A stretch of 64,000 nt of DNA from an uncultured Bacteroidota bacterium (GTDB lineage: Bacteria; Bacteroidota; Ignavibacteria; UBA10030; UBA6906): NCBI GenBank assembly GCA_963700635.1, contig CAVOYH010000003.1:512001-576000 (forward strand), given 5' to 3'. A program made the position numbers and the translations under genes. Shown here piece by piece: positions 27,093 through 36,394 of this stretch (its first letter is position 1; each line of letters opens with the position of its first letter). The notes beneath the pieces were generated by a model. The model had not been told where the DNA came from, did no database searches, and saw only the letters and a program-made list of their open reading frames with translations.

Positions 27093-28417
27093 TGCCGATC
27101 TCCCTTTAGCAACACAACGGTACGGCTCTCAGGAACAAAATACTTCCGCGCAGCCATCTGGATATCCTCCGGAGTTATTCGTTCCAGCGTCCTGTACAAC
27201 TTTTCCACCACATCGATGCCGCCGGTTAACGCAACGAAACGCGCAAGCCTCGCGGCCACATTACCGGGCGTGTCAAGCTGCATCAAAAACTGATACCTGC
27301 GACGCCGTTTCATGTCCGCCAGCCTCCGCACATCAACAGCATGGTCCTGAAATGTTGTGATCGTGGCAAAGATTTGTTCCTGCACTGAAGGCACATCCGC
27401 TTCCTGTTTGACCCTGGCAACAATTTCGAACAGCGGAACGTCCCGGTTCATGGGTATGCTGGGCCACAGTGACTCCAGCTTCTGTTCCCGAATATAGAGC
27501 TTCTTATACAGGTCGCTCGTCTCGCCAAACGCCAGGTCGCCGAGAAGGAGTGCAGCGACATACATACGGTTCTCCGGGTCGAATGCATCGCCCTTGTAGG
27601 CGATATCCAGAATGGGAAGTGTTTTACCGTTATACGTCAACACGGCGCTGCGTTCTTTTTGCTGAGGTGGTTCCGGAGAAATGCGCGGTGCCACATAACC
27701 CTTCTTCCAATTGCTGTAGTACCGCCGGACCAGCGTCAGTGTTCCCTGCATGTGGAAATCCCCCACAATAACCAGAACCACATTCTCGGGGCGGTAATAC
27801 CGATCATAAAACGACTTGCTGTAGGCAAACGCACCCGGCATTGCTTTGATGTCGGCTTCAAATCCGATCGTGGTGTGTTTGTACGTATGGACATCAAAGG
27901 CCAGGTCTTGCAGTTTTTCATTCAACAGGGCGAACGGATTGGTGATACTCTTGCGGTACTCGCCATAAACGGCTCCGGCTTCGGTCTGAAACTCCTGCTC
28001 TTCGTACCAGAGATTCTGGAACCGGTCACTTTCCAGTTCCATCACCTTCTCCAGATCTTCGGTGGCCACATTCAGATGATACGCCGTATAATCATCGGTA
28101 GTGTAGGCATTGGCGTTTGCACCGATACTGGTAATGAGACTATCGTACACCGTCCCGGGATACTGTTTCGTTCCACGGAACATCATGTGTTCAAAAAAAT
28201 GGGCGAAGCCCGTCTTCCCCGGTTCGTATTCATCTCTGCTCCCGGTGCGGACGATGGAGTAGTACGCAACGAGTCCCGGACTTTCCATGGGGACCATGAT
28301 AACGGTCAACCCGTTCGGGAGAACTTCTTTGTAGGTGACGTAGGGGAAGATGGTCTTGGTCATGGCCAGGCTGCCTGTGAAAAGAAACACAAGAAGTAGC
28401 AGGAGATATCGGTACAT
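27089..28417 (-). CDS. M16B zinc peptidase, catalytic subunit (exported)
   Basis: LPNGL, GSRDE, HFFEHMMFRGT inverted zinc motif, NAYT and ESDR; signal peptide. Confidence 0.92.
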   Translation of the reverse strand: MYRYLLLLLVFLFTGSLAMTKTIFPYVTYKEVLPNGLTVIMVPMESPGLVAYYSIVRTGSRDEYEPGKTGFAHFFEHMMFRGTKQYPGTVYDSLITSIGANANAYTTDDYTAYHLNVATEDLEKVMELESDRFQNLWYEEQEFQTEAGAVYGEYRKSITNPFALLNEKLQDLAFDVHTYKHTTIGFEADIKAMPGAFAYSKSFYDRYYRPENVVLVIVGDFHMQGTLTLVRRYYSNWKKGYVAPRISPEPPQQKERSAVLTYNGKTLPILDIAYKGDAFDPENRMYVAALLLGDLAFGETSDLYKKLYIREQKLESLWPSIPMNRDVPLFEIVARVKQEADVPSVQEQIFATITTFQDHAVDVRRLADMKRRRRYQFLMQLDTPGNVAARLARFVALTGGIDVVEKLYRTLERITPEDIQMAARKYFVPESRTVVLLKGDRQ

Positions 28418-28480
28418 ACACGCTCCCTAAAAGGACGTTCGTGGACCATTATGAGTGTACAACCACGGACAGAGGGATGC

Positions 28481-30025
28481 TCACCGTCCGATTACTTCTC
28501 TGCCGGCGTGGATATCTGTGCTTGCGTGAATCTCGTTAAGCATTTCAAGATTATCGAGAGCCCACTGCGCAAGCCAGAGAAGTGTCGGTCCCGTGAGGTT
28601 AATGCCGTGATGGGGTTCGATGTGGGCATCGCCCGCAAATTCCCGCCTGGCCGCCGAGGCGCCCGCAAAAGCATCCACCTTTCCGCGTAATGCAAAAATG
28701 GCCGCCTGAAACGTAGAACAGGACACCGGTGGATTAGCGTCGCCATGGATCACATAGCCGGAGGGGAGCTTTGCATGGTTCAGATACCCATGCCAGTGAG
28801 CGAGAGCCAGACCTGAGGAAGCTGTGGCAGCGGCAAACCGGGCTCCGGGCGATACGACCGTCTGCACCGCCGCGACAAGCGCATTGGCTGCAGCGTGGGC
28901 CAGGATTGTGAGTGTGTCATAGGATGGCTTGCAGTCGAGGCCCGGGGTTACACCCCGGGGAGTGGAAAATACTATGGTCCCACGTGAAAGCCCCAGCATC
29001 ACCAGATCCCTCTGAGGATCAATGTTTGATTTATCACAACCGGATCGTGACGTGAGGATCCAGATATCCGGAACCTCCACCCATATCTCTGCTGCCGGCA
29101 TGTGCACCTTCACCCAGAGCGCGTCACCAACGGCCAGCACATCTCCTTCGGCGAGCGTAGATCCAAACTGCGCGCGTGCCTCTGATACGGTGAGCACTCT
29201 GGCGGGCGGCACGGCGAGCTGGCGGGCAAGAAAACCATAGCTCATGCCTGACCGGTGGTCGAGATACGCGGCTGCCAGACGCCTGTAATACCGGTTTCGG
29301 AACTCCAGACTCTCCAGTGATGTGTGAAACAGCATCAGACCTGTATCTGCCCAGAGCTTGCCGCTTTCCTGAAAATCCTTCACGTACGCCCGATACCGCG
29401 GATCGTGCAGATCCAGACCTCCCTCCCGCACATCAAAATCAGAGGCGTGCGGTGGGACAACGGGCGCAGCAATCTTTGGAATCAGCACATGGAAGACATC
29501 CTGCGCAAAGGTGGCGTAGGAACAACGGATAATGGCGCCGTTCATCGTGCAGACCGTCCAGGAGTCAACATCCACGTAAATGACAACCTGGACAATATTC
29601 CACGCAAGCATCCGCACGACACTGTTCAGCCGGTCCTGTGAATGTTTTTCCGTATGCGCCGGGCATGGGCCATCCACGATGCCCACAACTGTTGCACGCC
29701 GGAGATTGGAGACATGGTCGACCGGAAGGTCGCCGGTGTGCAGCTCCCCGGGGGCGATGATGACGATTCCTTCGCGGACTTTTTGTGTGTCGGGGTCAGC
29801 AAGCGCATCGGCATAGCGTACGACGCCGACACCGCACGATGTGAACGCTTCACGAAGCCGCTCACTGAACTGTCCAACCCGTTCGGAGACCATTTGCACC
29901 GGAAAAAATGTCACGGCCAGACTGTGTGCCATCGCCTCAGGCAGCACGGGAATCTGCGTCGTGATGCCCAGGATGGCGTGGACGGCCTGATCAGAGAGAG
30001 CCGGCCTTTTTATGTCGTTATTCAT
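28481..30025 (-). CDS. Hypothetical protein with a putative C-terminal class II aldolase/adducin-like metal-binding fold
   Basis: 514-aa ORF whose start overlaps the SDR stop. Ordered motifs ILTSRSGCDK, KPSYD, HWH, PVSCST and PHHG. Confidence 0.6.
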   Translation of the reverse strand: MNNDIKRPALSDQAVHAILGITTQIPVLPEAMAHSLAVTFFPVQMVSERVGQFSERLREAFTSCGVGVVRYADALADPDTQKVREGIVIIAPGELHTGDLPVDHVSNLRRATVVGIVDGPCPAHTEKHSQDRLNSVVRMLAWNIVQVVIYVDVDSWTVCTMNGAIIRCSYATFAQDVFHVLIPKIAAPVVPPHASDFDVREGGLDLHDPRYRAYVKDFQESGKLWADTGLMLFHTSLESLEFRNRYYRRLAAAYLDHRSGMSYGFLARQLAVPPARVLTVSEARAQFGSTLAEGDVLAVGDALWVKVHMPAAEIWVEVPDIWILTSRSGCDKSNIDPQRDLVMLGLSRGTIVFSTPRGVTPGLDCKPSYDTLTILAHAAANALVAAVQTVVSPGARFAAATASSGLALAHWHGYLNHAKLPSGYVIHGDANPPVSCSTFQAAIFALRGKVDAFAGASAARREFAGDAHIEPHHGINLTGPTLLWLAQWALDNLEMLNEIHASTDIHAGREVIGR

Positions 30026-30827
30026 ACGTTCTACCCTCTACCATCTCTACTCCCTCAAGTCCGAACACACGCACAACCCAGTCACCAAGCGCCGGCCAGA
30101 GAGCGGAAGCAAGGATTAACGCTTTCGGGCCGAAAAACGAGATCACGATCTCACGCCGCCGCTGCCGCACGGCACGGAGGACGGCCCGGGCCACTCGGGC
30201 CGGGGGTAATTTTCGCGATACCAGAGGAACCCGGAGCGTCCCGATCATCTCGGTATCCACTCGCTCCGGGAGGATCGTGGAGGCATACACTCCGCTGCCG
30301 TGGAGCTCCTGACGCAGCACGTCCATAAAACCGGTTATCGCAAATTTTGAAGCCGCATACGCAGCATCCTTCGGAAGTCCCTTTTTGCCGGCCACCGAAC
30401 TTATGGCGATGATGTGACCATTGCGCTGTGCAAGCAGAAGTGGCAGAACGGCCAGAATCACCGACACGGTGCCATAATAGTTCACATCCATAGTCTTCCG
30501 GATGGTGGCAAGCGTTACGTCTTTCACCGCACTCCGGATGTACACGCCGGCGTTGCACACGACGATGTCTATCCGGTGATATGTTGATTGTGTCAACTCG
30601 ATGAGGTGCTGCACATCCGCCTCACGGCTCACATCGGTGGGCACAACAAGAACCTCGGCTCCCTCCCTCCGTAGCGCCGCAGCCAGATCTTCGAGCGCTT
30701 CAGCAGACCTCGCGGCCAGAACCAGACGCGCGCCTGCCCGCGCAAATGTAAAGGCAATCTCTTTTCCAATCCCCTGCGATGCCCCCGTTATGATCGTGAC
30801 CTTCCCCCGCACTCTATGCTCTCTCAT
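30018..30827 (-). CDS. Classical short-chain dehydrogenase/reductase
   Basis: TGASQGIG, CNAG, ISSVAG and YAASK motifs; ARS after beta2 suggests NADP(H). Confidence 0.95.
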   Translation of the reverse strand: MREHRVRGKVTIITGASQGIGKEIAFTFARAGARLVLAARSAEALEDLAAALRREGAEVLVVPTDVSREADVQHLIELTQSTYHRIDIVVCNAGVYIRSAVKDVTLATIRKTMDVNYYGTVSVILAVLPLLLAQRNGHIIAISSVAGKKGLPKDAAYAASKFAITGFMDVLRQELHGSGVYASTILPERVDTEMIGTLRVPLVSRKLPPARVARAVLRAVRQRRREIVISFFGPKALILASALWPALGDWVVRVFGLEGVEMVEGRTYE

Positions 30828-30932
30828 AGACTCTTTTTCGGGCCTGACGCTTTTCAGACCATTTAGTATTGTTCATCGGGTGCACTCAAAATCGGCGGCA
30901 TACCATCGCTGCGGGAGTAGTTCCAAGGATTT

Positions 30933-30961
30933 AGTGTACGAACTCGCGGGTTGAAAATCAA
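30933..30961 (-). promoter_or_regulatory. Sigma70 promoter for the SDR operon
   Basis: TTGATT-N17-TACACT about 100 nt upstream of ATG 30827. The palindrome GTTGA-AAA-TCAAC (30950-30962) overlaps the -35. Confidence 0.55.
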
Positions 30962-31021
30962 CGGAAGAGGACTCGGGAACGTCGCCCGCCGAACGGCTGC
31001 GGTTGAGGGTGGCACCCTGGG

Positions 31022-32605
31022 TTACGCCCTGTACACCACGTTCCCATCCACCATAGTCATCTCCACCTGCACATTTTCGATCTTTTCGGGAGGAATCCTG
31101 AAGATGTCTTCCGAGAGCACGACCAGATCGGCAACCTTTCCCGGCGTAATACTTCCTTTGTTGTGCTCTTCAAATTCCGCATACGCATTGTTGATCGTAT
31201 AACACCGCACGGCATCTTCGACCGTCACTTTTTGTTCCGGCATCCATCCTCCGGGCCGTCTGCCATCCAGGGTGCGGCGTGTAACCGCGGCGTAGATCCC
31301 GGACAAAGGGTTCAGCGGCGCCACGGTCCAGTCACTGCCGAAACAGAGCCGGACCCCCGCATTCAGAAATGATTTGAATGCATATGCCGTACGCGCGCGA
31401 TCCGGTCCGATGCGGCTTTCGGCCCATACGCCGTCATCAATCGCGTGATAGGGCTGTGCTGAAACGATGACGCCAAGAGCCGCGAACCGGGCGATATCCT
31501 CCTGACGCACATGCTGTGCATGTTCGACCCGGAACCTCCGGTCCCAGGACGGATTGGATCTGAGGATTGTTTCAAACATACCCAGCACCGCATCATTTGC
31601 CCGGTCGCCAATAGCATGAATCGAGAGTTGTAGTCCGTGCAGGTCGGCCTCCGTTGCCCACTGCAGCATCTCGCCGCTGCTGAGCGCTTCCATGGCCAGA
31701 CCGGATGTTGGCTCGTTGACATAGGGTTCAAAAAACCACGCGGTTGTGGAGCCCAGGGATCCATCCGCGAAGGCCTTCATTGAACCGATCCTCACAAATG
31801 GTGTTCCGGAGGCGTGATGGACATTCCGCTCCACAAGTTTCCGGAAACCCGGGAGCGGGAGCCGCGAGTAAATCCGGCAGGTCAGTGTGCCTTCTCGCGC
31901 AAGCTTTGTGTAGATGGGGATATGTGACTCTTCAGAGATGTCGTGTACCGACGTGACTCCGTTCCGGCGCGCAACGTCGAGTGCGTGCATCACACACTGC
32001 TCTATCCGCGCGGGCGTCTGCTGCGGGATCACACGGAGGACCAGATCCATCGCGGCATCTTTCAGCAACCCGGTAGGCTCACCGGTCGCGTGATCGTGTT
32101 CGATCGTTCCACCCGCAGGATCGGGAGTCTCACGCGTTATTCCTGCCAGGCGGAGTCCTGCGCTGTTTACTAATGCCATGTGCCAGTCGAACCGTGGAAG
32201 GAACATCGGCGTGTCGTGAGAAAATGGATCGATCCATTCCTTCCGGGGGAGCGATGTATCCTCCCACCGTTCGTGATCCCAATCGCCCCCTTTGAACCAT
32301 CTGCCCGGGTGCTTCTGCAGATACTGCTGGAGCATGCCGACAAACTCTCTGCGGCTGCCGCACAGGCGGGTATCCAGCCCGTCCACCTGCTCGCCCCCGA
32401 GCACAAAATGTACATGGTTATCAATAAAGCCCGGAATCATCAGTTTGCCGCCCACGTCGATAATCTCGGCCTCTGGGCCGGCAAACCGCCGTGCGTCCTT
32501 CGAAGATCCGACATACACGATCCGGTTTTCTTTGACGACGATCGCCTCCGCACGTGGACGGCGCGGATCGACGGTGTGCACGGTGGCATGAACGAAACAT
32601 TTCAT
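31022..32605 (-). CDS. Amidohydrolase_3 (YtcJ/NfdA-like) metal-dependent hydrolase
   Basis: Start reassigned to 32605 (overlaps the permease stop). PGFIDNHVH, KAFADGSLG, HAIGD, RVEHAQH and GSDW motifs. Confidence 0.92.
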   Translation of the reverse strand: MKCFVHATVHTVDPRRPRAEAIVVKENRIVYVGSSKDARRFAGPEAEIIDVGGKLMIPGFIDNHVHFVLGGEQVDGLDTRLCGSRREFVGMLQQYLQKHPGRWFKGGDWDHERWEDTSLPRKEWIDPFSHDTPMFLPRFDWHMALVNSAGLRLAGITRETPDPAGGTIEHDHATGEPTGLLKDAAMDLVLRVIPQQTPARIEQCVMHALDVARRNGVTSVHDISEESHIPIYTKLAREGTLTCRIYSRLPLPGFRKLVERNVHHASGTPFVRIGSMKAFADGSLGSTTAWFFEPYVNEPTSGLAMEALSSGEMLQWATEADLHGLQLSIHAIGDRANDAVLGMFETILRSNPSWDRRFRVEHAQHVRQEDIARFAALGVIVSAQPYHAIDDGVWAESRIGPDRARTAYAFKSFLNAGVRLCFGSDWTVAPLNPLSGIYAAVTRRTLDGRRPGGWMPEQKVTVEDAVRCYTINNAYAEFEEHNKGSITPGKVADLVVLSEDIFRIPPEKIENVQVEMTMVDGNVVYRA

Positions 32606-33951
32606 ACGGTGGGCTCCACACGGGACCGTTTGCGTGATGCATAGTACGCATAAATCGGGAGTCCGGAAAGGATAAGGAACAACGATGACAGCAAACCGCC
32701 TGTCGGATAAGCCAGGAACGTCCCGACGGCAACATAAATCTGTGTGACAATGGCGAGCGTGGCCATTCCCTTCCACCAGGGTGAACGGTAGGAGGGTTGA
32801 TAATCCTCTCTTTTCCGGAGGGCGAAAATCGACCCGTACACAATACCATTTTGCAGGGCGTATGAGAGAGTAAAATACCCGATCATGTTCTCGATATCCC
32901 CGAGCAGGAAGAGCACAATTGCCAGGGCGCATTGAATAAGAATGGAATAGTCCGGTGTCAGGTATTTCGGATGGAGATGCCCGAACACACTGAAGAAGAG
33001 TCCATCCCGGGCAATCGCATACTCCAGCCGTGGCTGCACCATGATGCTCGCGTTCAGGACTCCCAGCATGGAGACGAACACTGCCACCGCAAACACGCCC
33101 CCGGCAACGGCCGCGCCAATCCCGATATACTGAAACGGATTAACAAAATCCCCGCTCGCCAATATCAGGTCGTTATATGGGACAATCGCAGACGTACAGA
33201 GAGAAATCAAAGTGTAGGCAATGATCACAAATACCAGTGACCCGATCAGCGCAATGGGGAGCGTACGCTCGGGGCTTTTCACTTCTCCGGCCATGTAGAG
33301 AATGTTCGTGAAGCCGGCATACGACCAGAGTGTCGATGAAATGCCCGCCGTGATCACAGCAAAGAGCCCTACCGAGGTAGCGGGGCTTGTGCCCCCGGCG
33401 ATGTTACCCGATCCAAAAAAGAAGAACCCGATAACCACAATCGAGAGGAGCGGCGTAAGTTTCGCAACGGTAAGCAGAATCTGCAGATTGCCCCCTGTAC
33501 GCACGCTGCGATAATGCAGAATTGCCAGGACGATAATCAGCCCCGCGGCAAGGGCCCTTGCAATCACCGGATCACCAAAGACCGGGGAAAAGAACTTCAA
33601 CGCGTACATCGCCCCGAGAGCGACGATGGTAAGAGTCGGGGTATCACTCGTAAGAAAGGCGGTCCAGGTGTAGAAAAACGCCAGAAACGGTGAACCGGCT
33701 TTGTGGAGATAGTAATATGGACCTCCCTGTATGGGATAGGCGGTCCCCATTTCGGCAAGCACCAGTACCTGCGGAATCCACACCACTCCGCCCAGGAACC
33801 AGATCGCTACCGTGAGCCAGGGATTCAACCCGATACGAGCGACAATGGGAATACTCAGAAATACACCCGATCCGATAACTGTGCCGACAACCAGAGAAGA
33901 GGTTTGCAGTAGAGAGAGCTGGCGGGGAGGTACGGCAGTCTGGTTTGTCAT
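32602..33951 (-). CDS. APC-family amino acid permease, FrlA (fructoselysine transporter)-like
   Basis: GTVIGSG and WSYAGF, plus segments recalling E. coli FrlA (YLHKAGS, QPRLEYAIARDGLFF..FGHLHPKY.TPD.SI, RKREDYQP). Confidence 0.85.
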   Translation of the reverse strand: MTNQTAVPPRQLSLLQTSSLVVGTVIGSGVFLSIPIVARIGLNPWLTVAIWFLGGVVWIPQVLVLAEMGTAYPIQGGPYYYLHKAGSPFLAFFYTWTAFLTSDTPTLTIVALGAMYALKFFSPVFGDPVIARALAAGLIIVLAILHYRSVRTGGNLQILLTVAKLTPLLSIVVIGFFFFGSGNIAGGTSPATSVGLFAVITAGISSTLWSYAGFTNILYMAGEVKSPERTLPIALIGSLVFVIIAYTLISLCTSAIVPYNDLILASGDFVNPFQYIGIGAAVAGGVFAVAVFVSMLGVLNASIMVQPRLEYAIARDGLFFSVFGHLHPKYLTPDYSILIQCALAIVLFLLGDIENMIGYFTLSYALQNGIVYGSIFALRKREDYQPSYRSPWWKGMATLAIVTQIYVAVGTFLAYPTGGLLSSLFLILSGLPIYAYYASRKRSRVEPTV

Positions 33952-33958
33952 AAAGAGA

Positions 33959-34019
33959 ATGGTAGCACAAACGGCCGACAGGTGCAACGCTTGCCTTTCT
34001 GACGGCTTCTGGGTACCTT
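33959..34019. promoter_or_regulatory. Back-to-back divergent sigma70 promoters, both leaderless or near-leaderless
   Basis: Minus strand: TTGCAC(33987-33982)-N17-TACCAT(33964-33959)-N7-ATG. Plus strand: TTGCCT(33991-33996)-N17-TACCTT(34014-34019)-N9-ATG. Confidence 0.6.
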
Positions 34020-34028
34020 CACATCGTT

Positions 34029-35273
34029 ATGGCCCATACGCTCTGCATTTTCGAAGACGATCAACACTCGCAACTCTTTCCCCTCGTGTATATGCGACCG
34101 ACGTGGGACCTCCGTTGCGGCATCCTGACTCTGGGCGAGAAAATCGAACAGTCTTTCCCCGGGTCCCGAGCACGGTTCTACTGCCGCGGGTACCTTGCGG
34201 ATCTGGTGAAGGAGCAGCATCCCGGCCGGGATGTGAATACGCCTCCCGCAGGCGACTGTCTCTTCATTAATGCCAGAGTGCTTGCCGATCACACTCTCGC
34301 GGAACGGATCCGTGCCGAAAAGGACGAAACCCTCTACATCGACGGCTCAACAATCATCGCCGCCCGGCTGAACGCACGCTCGGTGAGCACTCTGGCGTTC
34401 GATGCCTCCACTCTCCTTGATTTCTCCGGCCTGACTTCTCTCCCGCGACGCGGCATAACGGTACCTCTCATCCGGTATCCGTGGGACCTTGTCAACAACA
34501 ACGGTGCGCAAATCCTGGCCGACGTTGCCGGTTTGTCATCGGGCGGTTCCATGACCCGCAAGGGCACCCTCTATCCGGGCGCACATATCCTGAATCCGAA
34601 CTCCATCAACATTGGCGAAGGAAGCAGCATCAAGCCCGGGGTGGTCCTGGACGCGGAGAACGGTCCGATTTATATTGGCAAGGATGTGCGGATTCTTCCC
34701 AACGCGGTTGTCGAGGGTCCTGCGTTTATCGGAGACGGCTCTGTCATCAAAGCGGGGGCGAGGATTTACGGGCATACGTCCATCGGACCCGTCTGCAAAG
34801 TGGGCGGCGAAGTGGAAGCCTCGATCATCCATGGATACGCCAACAAACAACACGACGGGTTCCTCGGTCACGCATATCTGTCACCCTGGGTCAATCTGGG
34901 TGCTGACACCAATAACAGTGACCTCAAGAATAACTACGCTCCGGTGCGGGTGACTATCCACGGTCGGGAGGTGGAGAGTGGTTCACTCTTTGCCGGATTG
35001 ATCATGGGCGACCATACAAAGTGCGCCATCAACACCATGTTCAACACCGGAACCGTCGTGGGTGTCGGCAGTAACATTTTCGGCGCCGGCTTCCCCCCAA
35101 AATACGTCCCCTCTTTCTCATGGGGCGGCGCCGGAGGGATCACCACCTACGATATCAACAAATGTATCGGTGTCGCACGTACGGTGATGGAACGCCGTAA
35201 GCAGACCCTTACTGCCACAGCAGAGACGGTCTTACGAACACTCTTTACCATAACCGCGCAGGAACGGACCTGA
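34029..35273 (+). CDS. GlmU-like putative sugar nucleotidyltransferase/acetyltransferase (NTP_transf_4 plus hexapeptide repeats)
   Basis: RPTWDLRCGILTLGEK, LbH repeats (GPIYIGKDV, EGPAFIG, CKVGGEV), NKQHDGFLGH and NLGADTNNSDLKNNY, as in FCB-group homologues. Confidence 0.85.
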   Translation: MAHTLCIFEDDQHSQLFPLVYMRPTWDLRCGILTLGEKIEQSFPGSRARFYCRGYLADLVKEQHPGRDVNTPPAGDCLFINARVLADHTLAERIRAEKDETLYIDGSTIIAARLNARSVSTLAFDASTLLDFSGLTSLPRRGITVPLIRYPWDLVNNNGAQILADVAGLSSGGSMTRKGTLYPGAHILNPNSINIGEGSSIKPGVVLDAENGPIYIGKDVRILPNAVVEGPAFIGDGSVIKAGARIYGHTSIGPVCKVGGEVEASIIHGYANKQHDGFLGHAYLSPWVNLGADTNNSDLKNNYAPVRVTIHGREVESGSLFAGLIMGDHTKCAINTMFNTGTVVGVGSNIFGAGFPPKYVPSFSWGGAGGITTYDINKCIGVARTVMERRKQTLTATAETVLRTLFTITAQERT

Positions 35274-35340
35274 GGAAGGAAGAGGCAAGAACGGGGTAAT
35301 GTACGCGGTGTCTTGCCTCGAATACAAAGCAGTCCGGTTT

Positions 35341-36390
35341 TTATCGTTTCGGGATCCACGCCATGCAGATGGACGAAAGCAGATCCCAATTGTACCTCCC
35401 CCTGCTCCCCTCGTATAGCATCACGATCCAGCTCCCCGTTTCGTAGATGGCCGGAGACCAGATGGCACCACCGTCCACGGTGCCGTGTAAGCCGGCTCCG
35501 AAGACGGGGTTTCCGGGATGTGCCTCCCAGTCCCGCAGATTCTTTGACCGTGCGAGACCGAAAAATTCGGGTTCATTAAAAAAGTCTGTACTCCCGCCAT
35601 AGAGCATATAGTATGTGCCGTTGGATTCCCATACGCGCGGCGTGGTGATGGACTTGGCATCCCAATCACCCTTCTGGCCGGCGAACACCGGAAGAGGAGT
35701 GACGGGAGCAAACGTTCTTCCGTCGGTGGAGAACGCCAGATAAACCTGATACCCTGTGGCATCCCGTTTCTGATAGACCATAAACAGTGTATCGTTGACG
35801 ACGAGAATATCCGGAGCACGGCCTTCAAGGACTTTCCCGAGTTTCGTAAACTGTTCGGGAGTTGTACCGACAGCAAGGCCGATGCTGTTTGGCCCTTTTC
35901 CAATGGCCGAATAGTACAGGTGAATCTGGCCTTTGAATACCACCGCCGCTGGCTCCAGGACCCCGGCATCGTCGAATTCTCCGGTGGCACCGATATCAAC
36001 CACCGGAGAACCCATGTTAAGATCGCGGTAGTTGAGCCTCATCGGCCCGATATCCAGCACCTCGGCTACACCGATACGGTCATGGTAGGTTTTCCCGTCG
36101 CCCGCGAGAATGCCGTTCCCCCGGTAGAACAGGAGCGTCCGCCCATAGAACGTCACGAACTCGGGATTTGCCGTAAAACGCCTTTTCCAGGTCGAACCTG
36201 ATGCCCCGATAACCGGATTGTCATTATAGCGCGTCCAGGCCAGCACATTCGTGGTATACGTTTTGGAAAACAGTTCCCAGAGATTCTGGGCCTGGCCAAC
36301 GTGCGCACCGGGTATACCGCAGCACAATACCAGGACCACCGCTGCTGCACTCCTTCCTGCGCGCGGTAGCACATTCCACATGTTCACCAT
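35341..36390 (-). CDS. Exported five-bladed beta-propeller glycoside hydrolase (GH43/GH130/GH32 clan-like)
   Basis: Signal peptide and repeated blades (DNPVI...ANP; FDDAGVLEP...LYYS...IGLA; WDAKSITTP...MLYGG...GLARS...W..HPGNPVF). Confidence 0.7.
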   Translation of the reverse strand: MVNMWNVLPRAGRSAAAVVLVLCCGIPGAHVGQAQNLWELFSKTYTTNVLAWTRYNDNPVIGASGSTWKRRFTANPEFVTFYGRTLLFYRGNGILAGDGKTYHDRIGVAEVLDIGPMRLNYRDLNMGSPVVDIGATGEFDDAGVLEPAAVVFKGQIHLYYSAIGKGPNSIGLAVGTTPEQFTKLGKVLEGRAPDILVVNDTLFMVYQKRDATGYQVYLAFSTDGRTFAPVTPLPVFAGQKGDWDAKSITTPRVWESNGTYYMLYGGSTDFFNEPEFFGLARSKNLRDWEAHPGNPVFGAGLHGTVDGGAIWSPAIYETGSWIVMLYEGSRGRYNWDLLSSICMAWIPKR

Positions 36391-36394
36391 TGTG

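Noticed and set aside
30860-30912. Fluoride-riboswitch-like words (GCGATGGTAT...GATGA...ATAC) in the SDR leader
   Set aside because: P1 and pseudoknot pairing are imperfect and the downstream genes are not fluoride-related. A cmsearch against RF01734 would be needed.
28481-33951. One four-gene pathway: permease, amidohydrolase, SDR and aldolase-like protein
   Set aside because: A 194-bp gap with its own candidate promoter separates the two pairs. I report them separately, although a functional link is not excluded.
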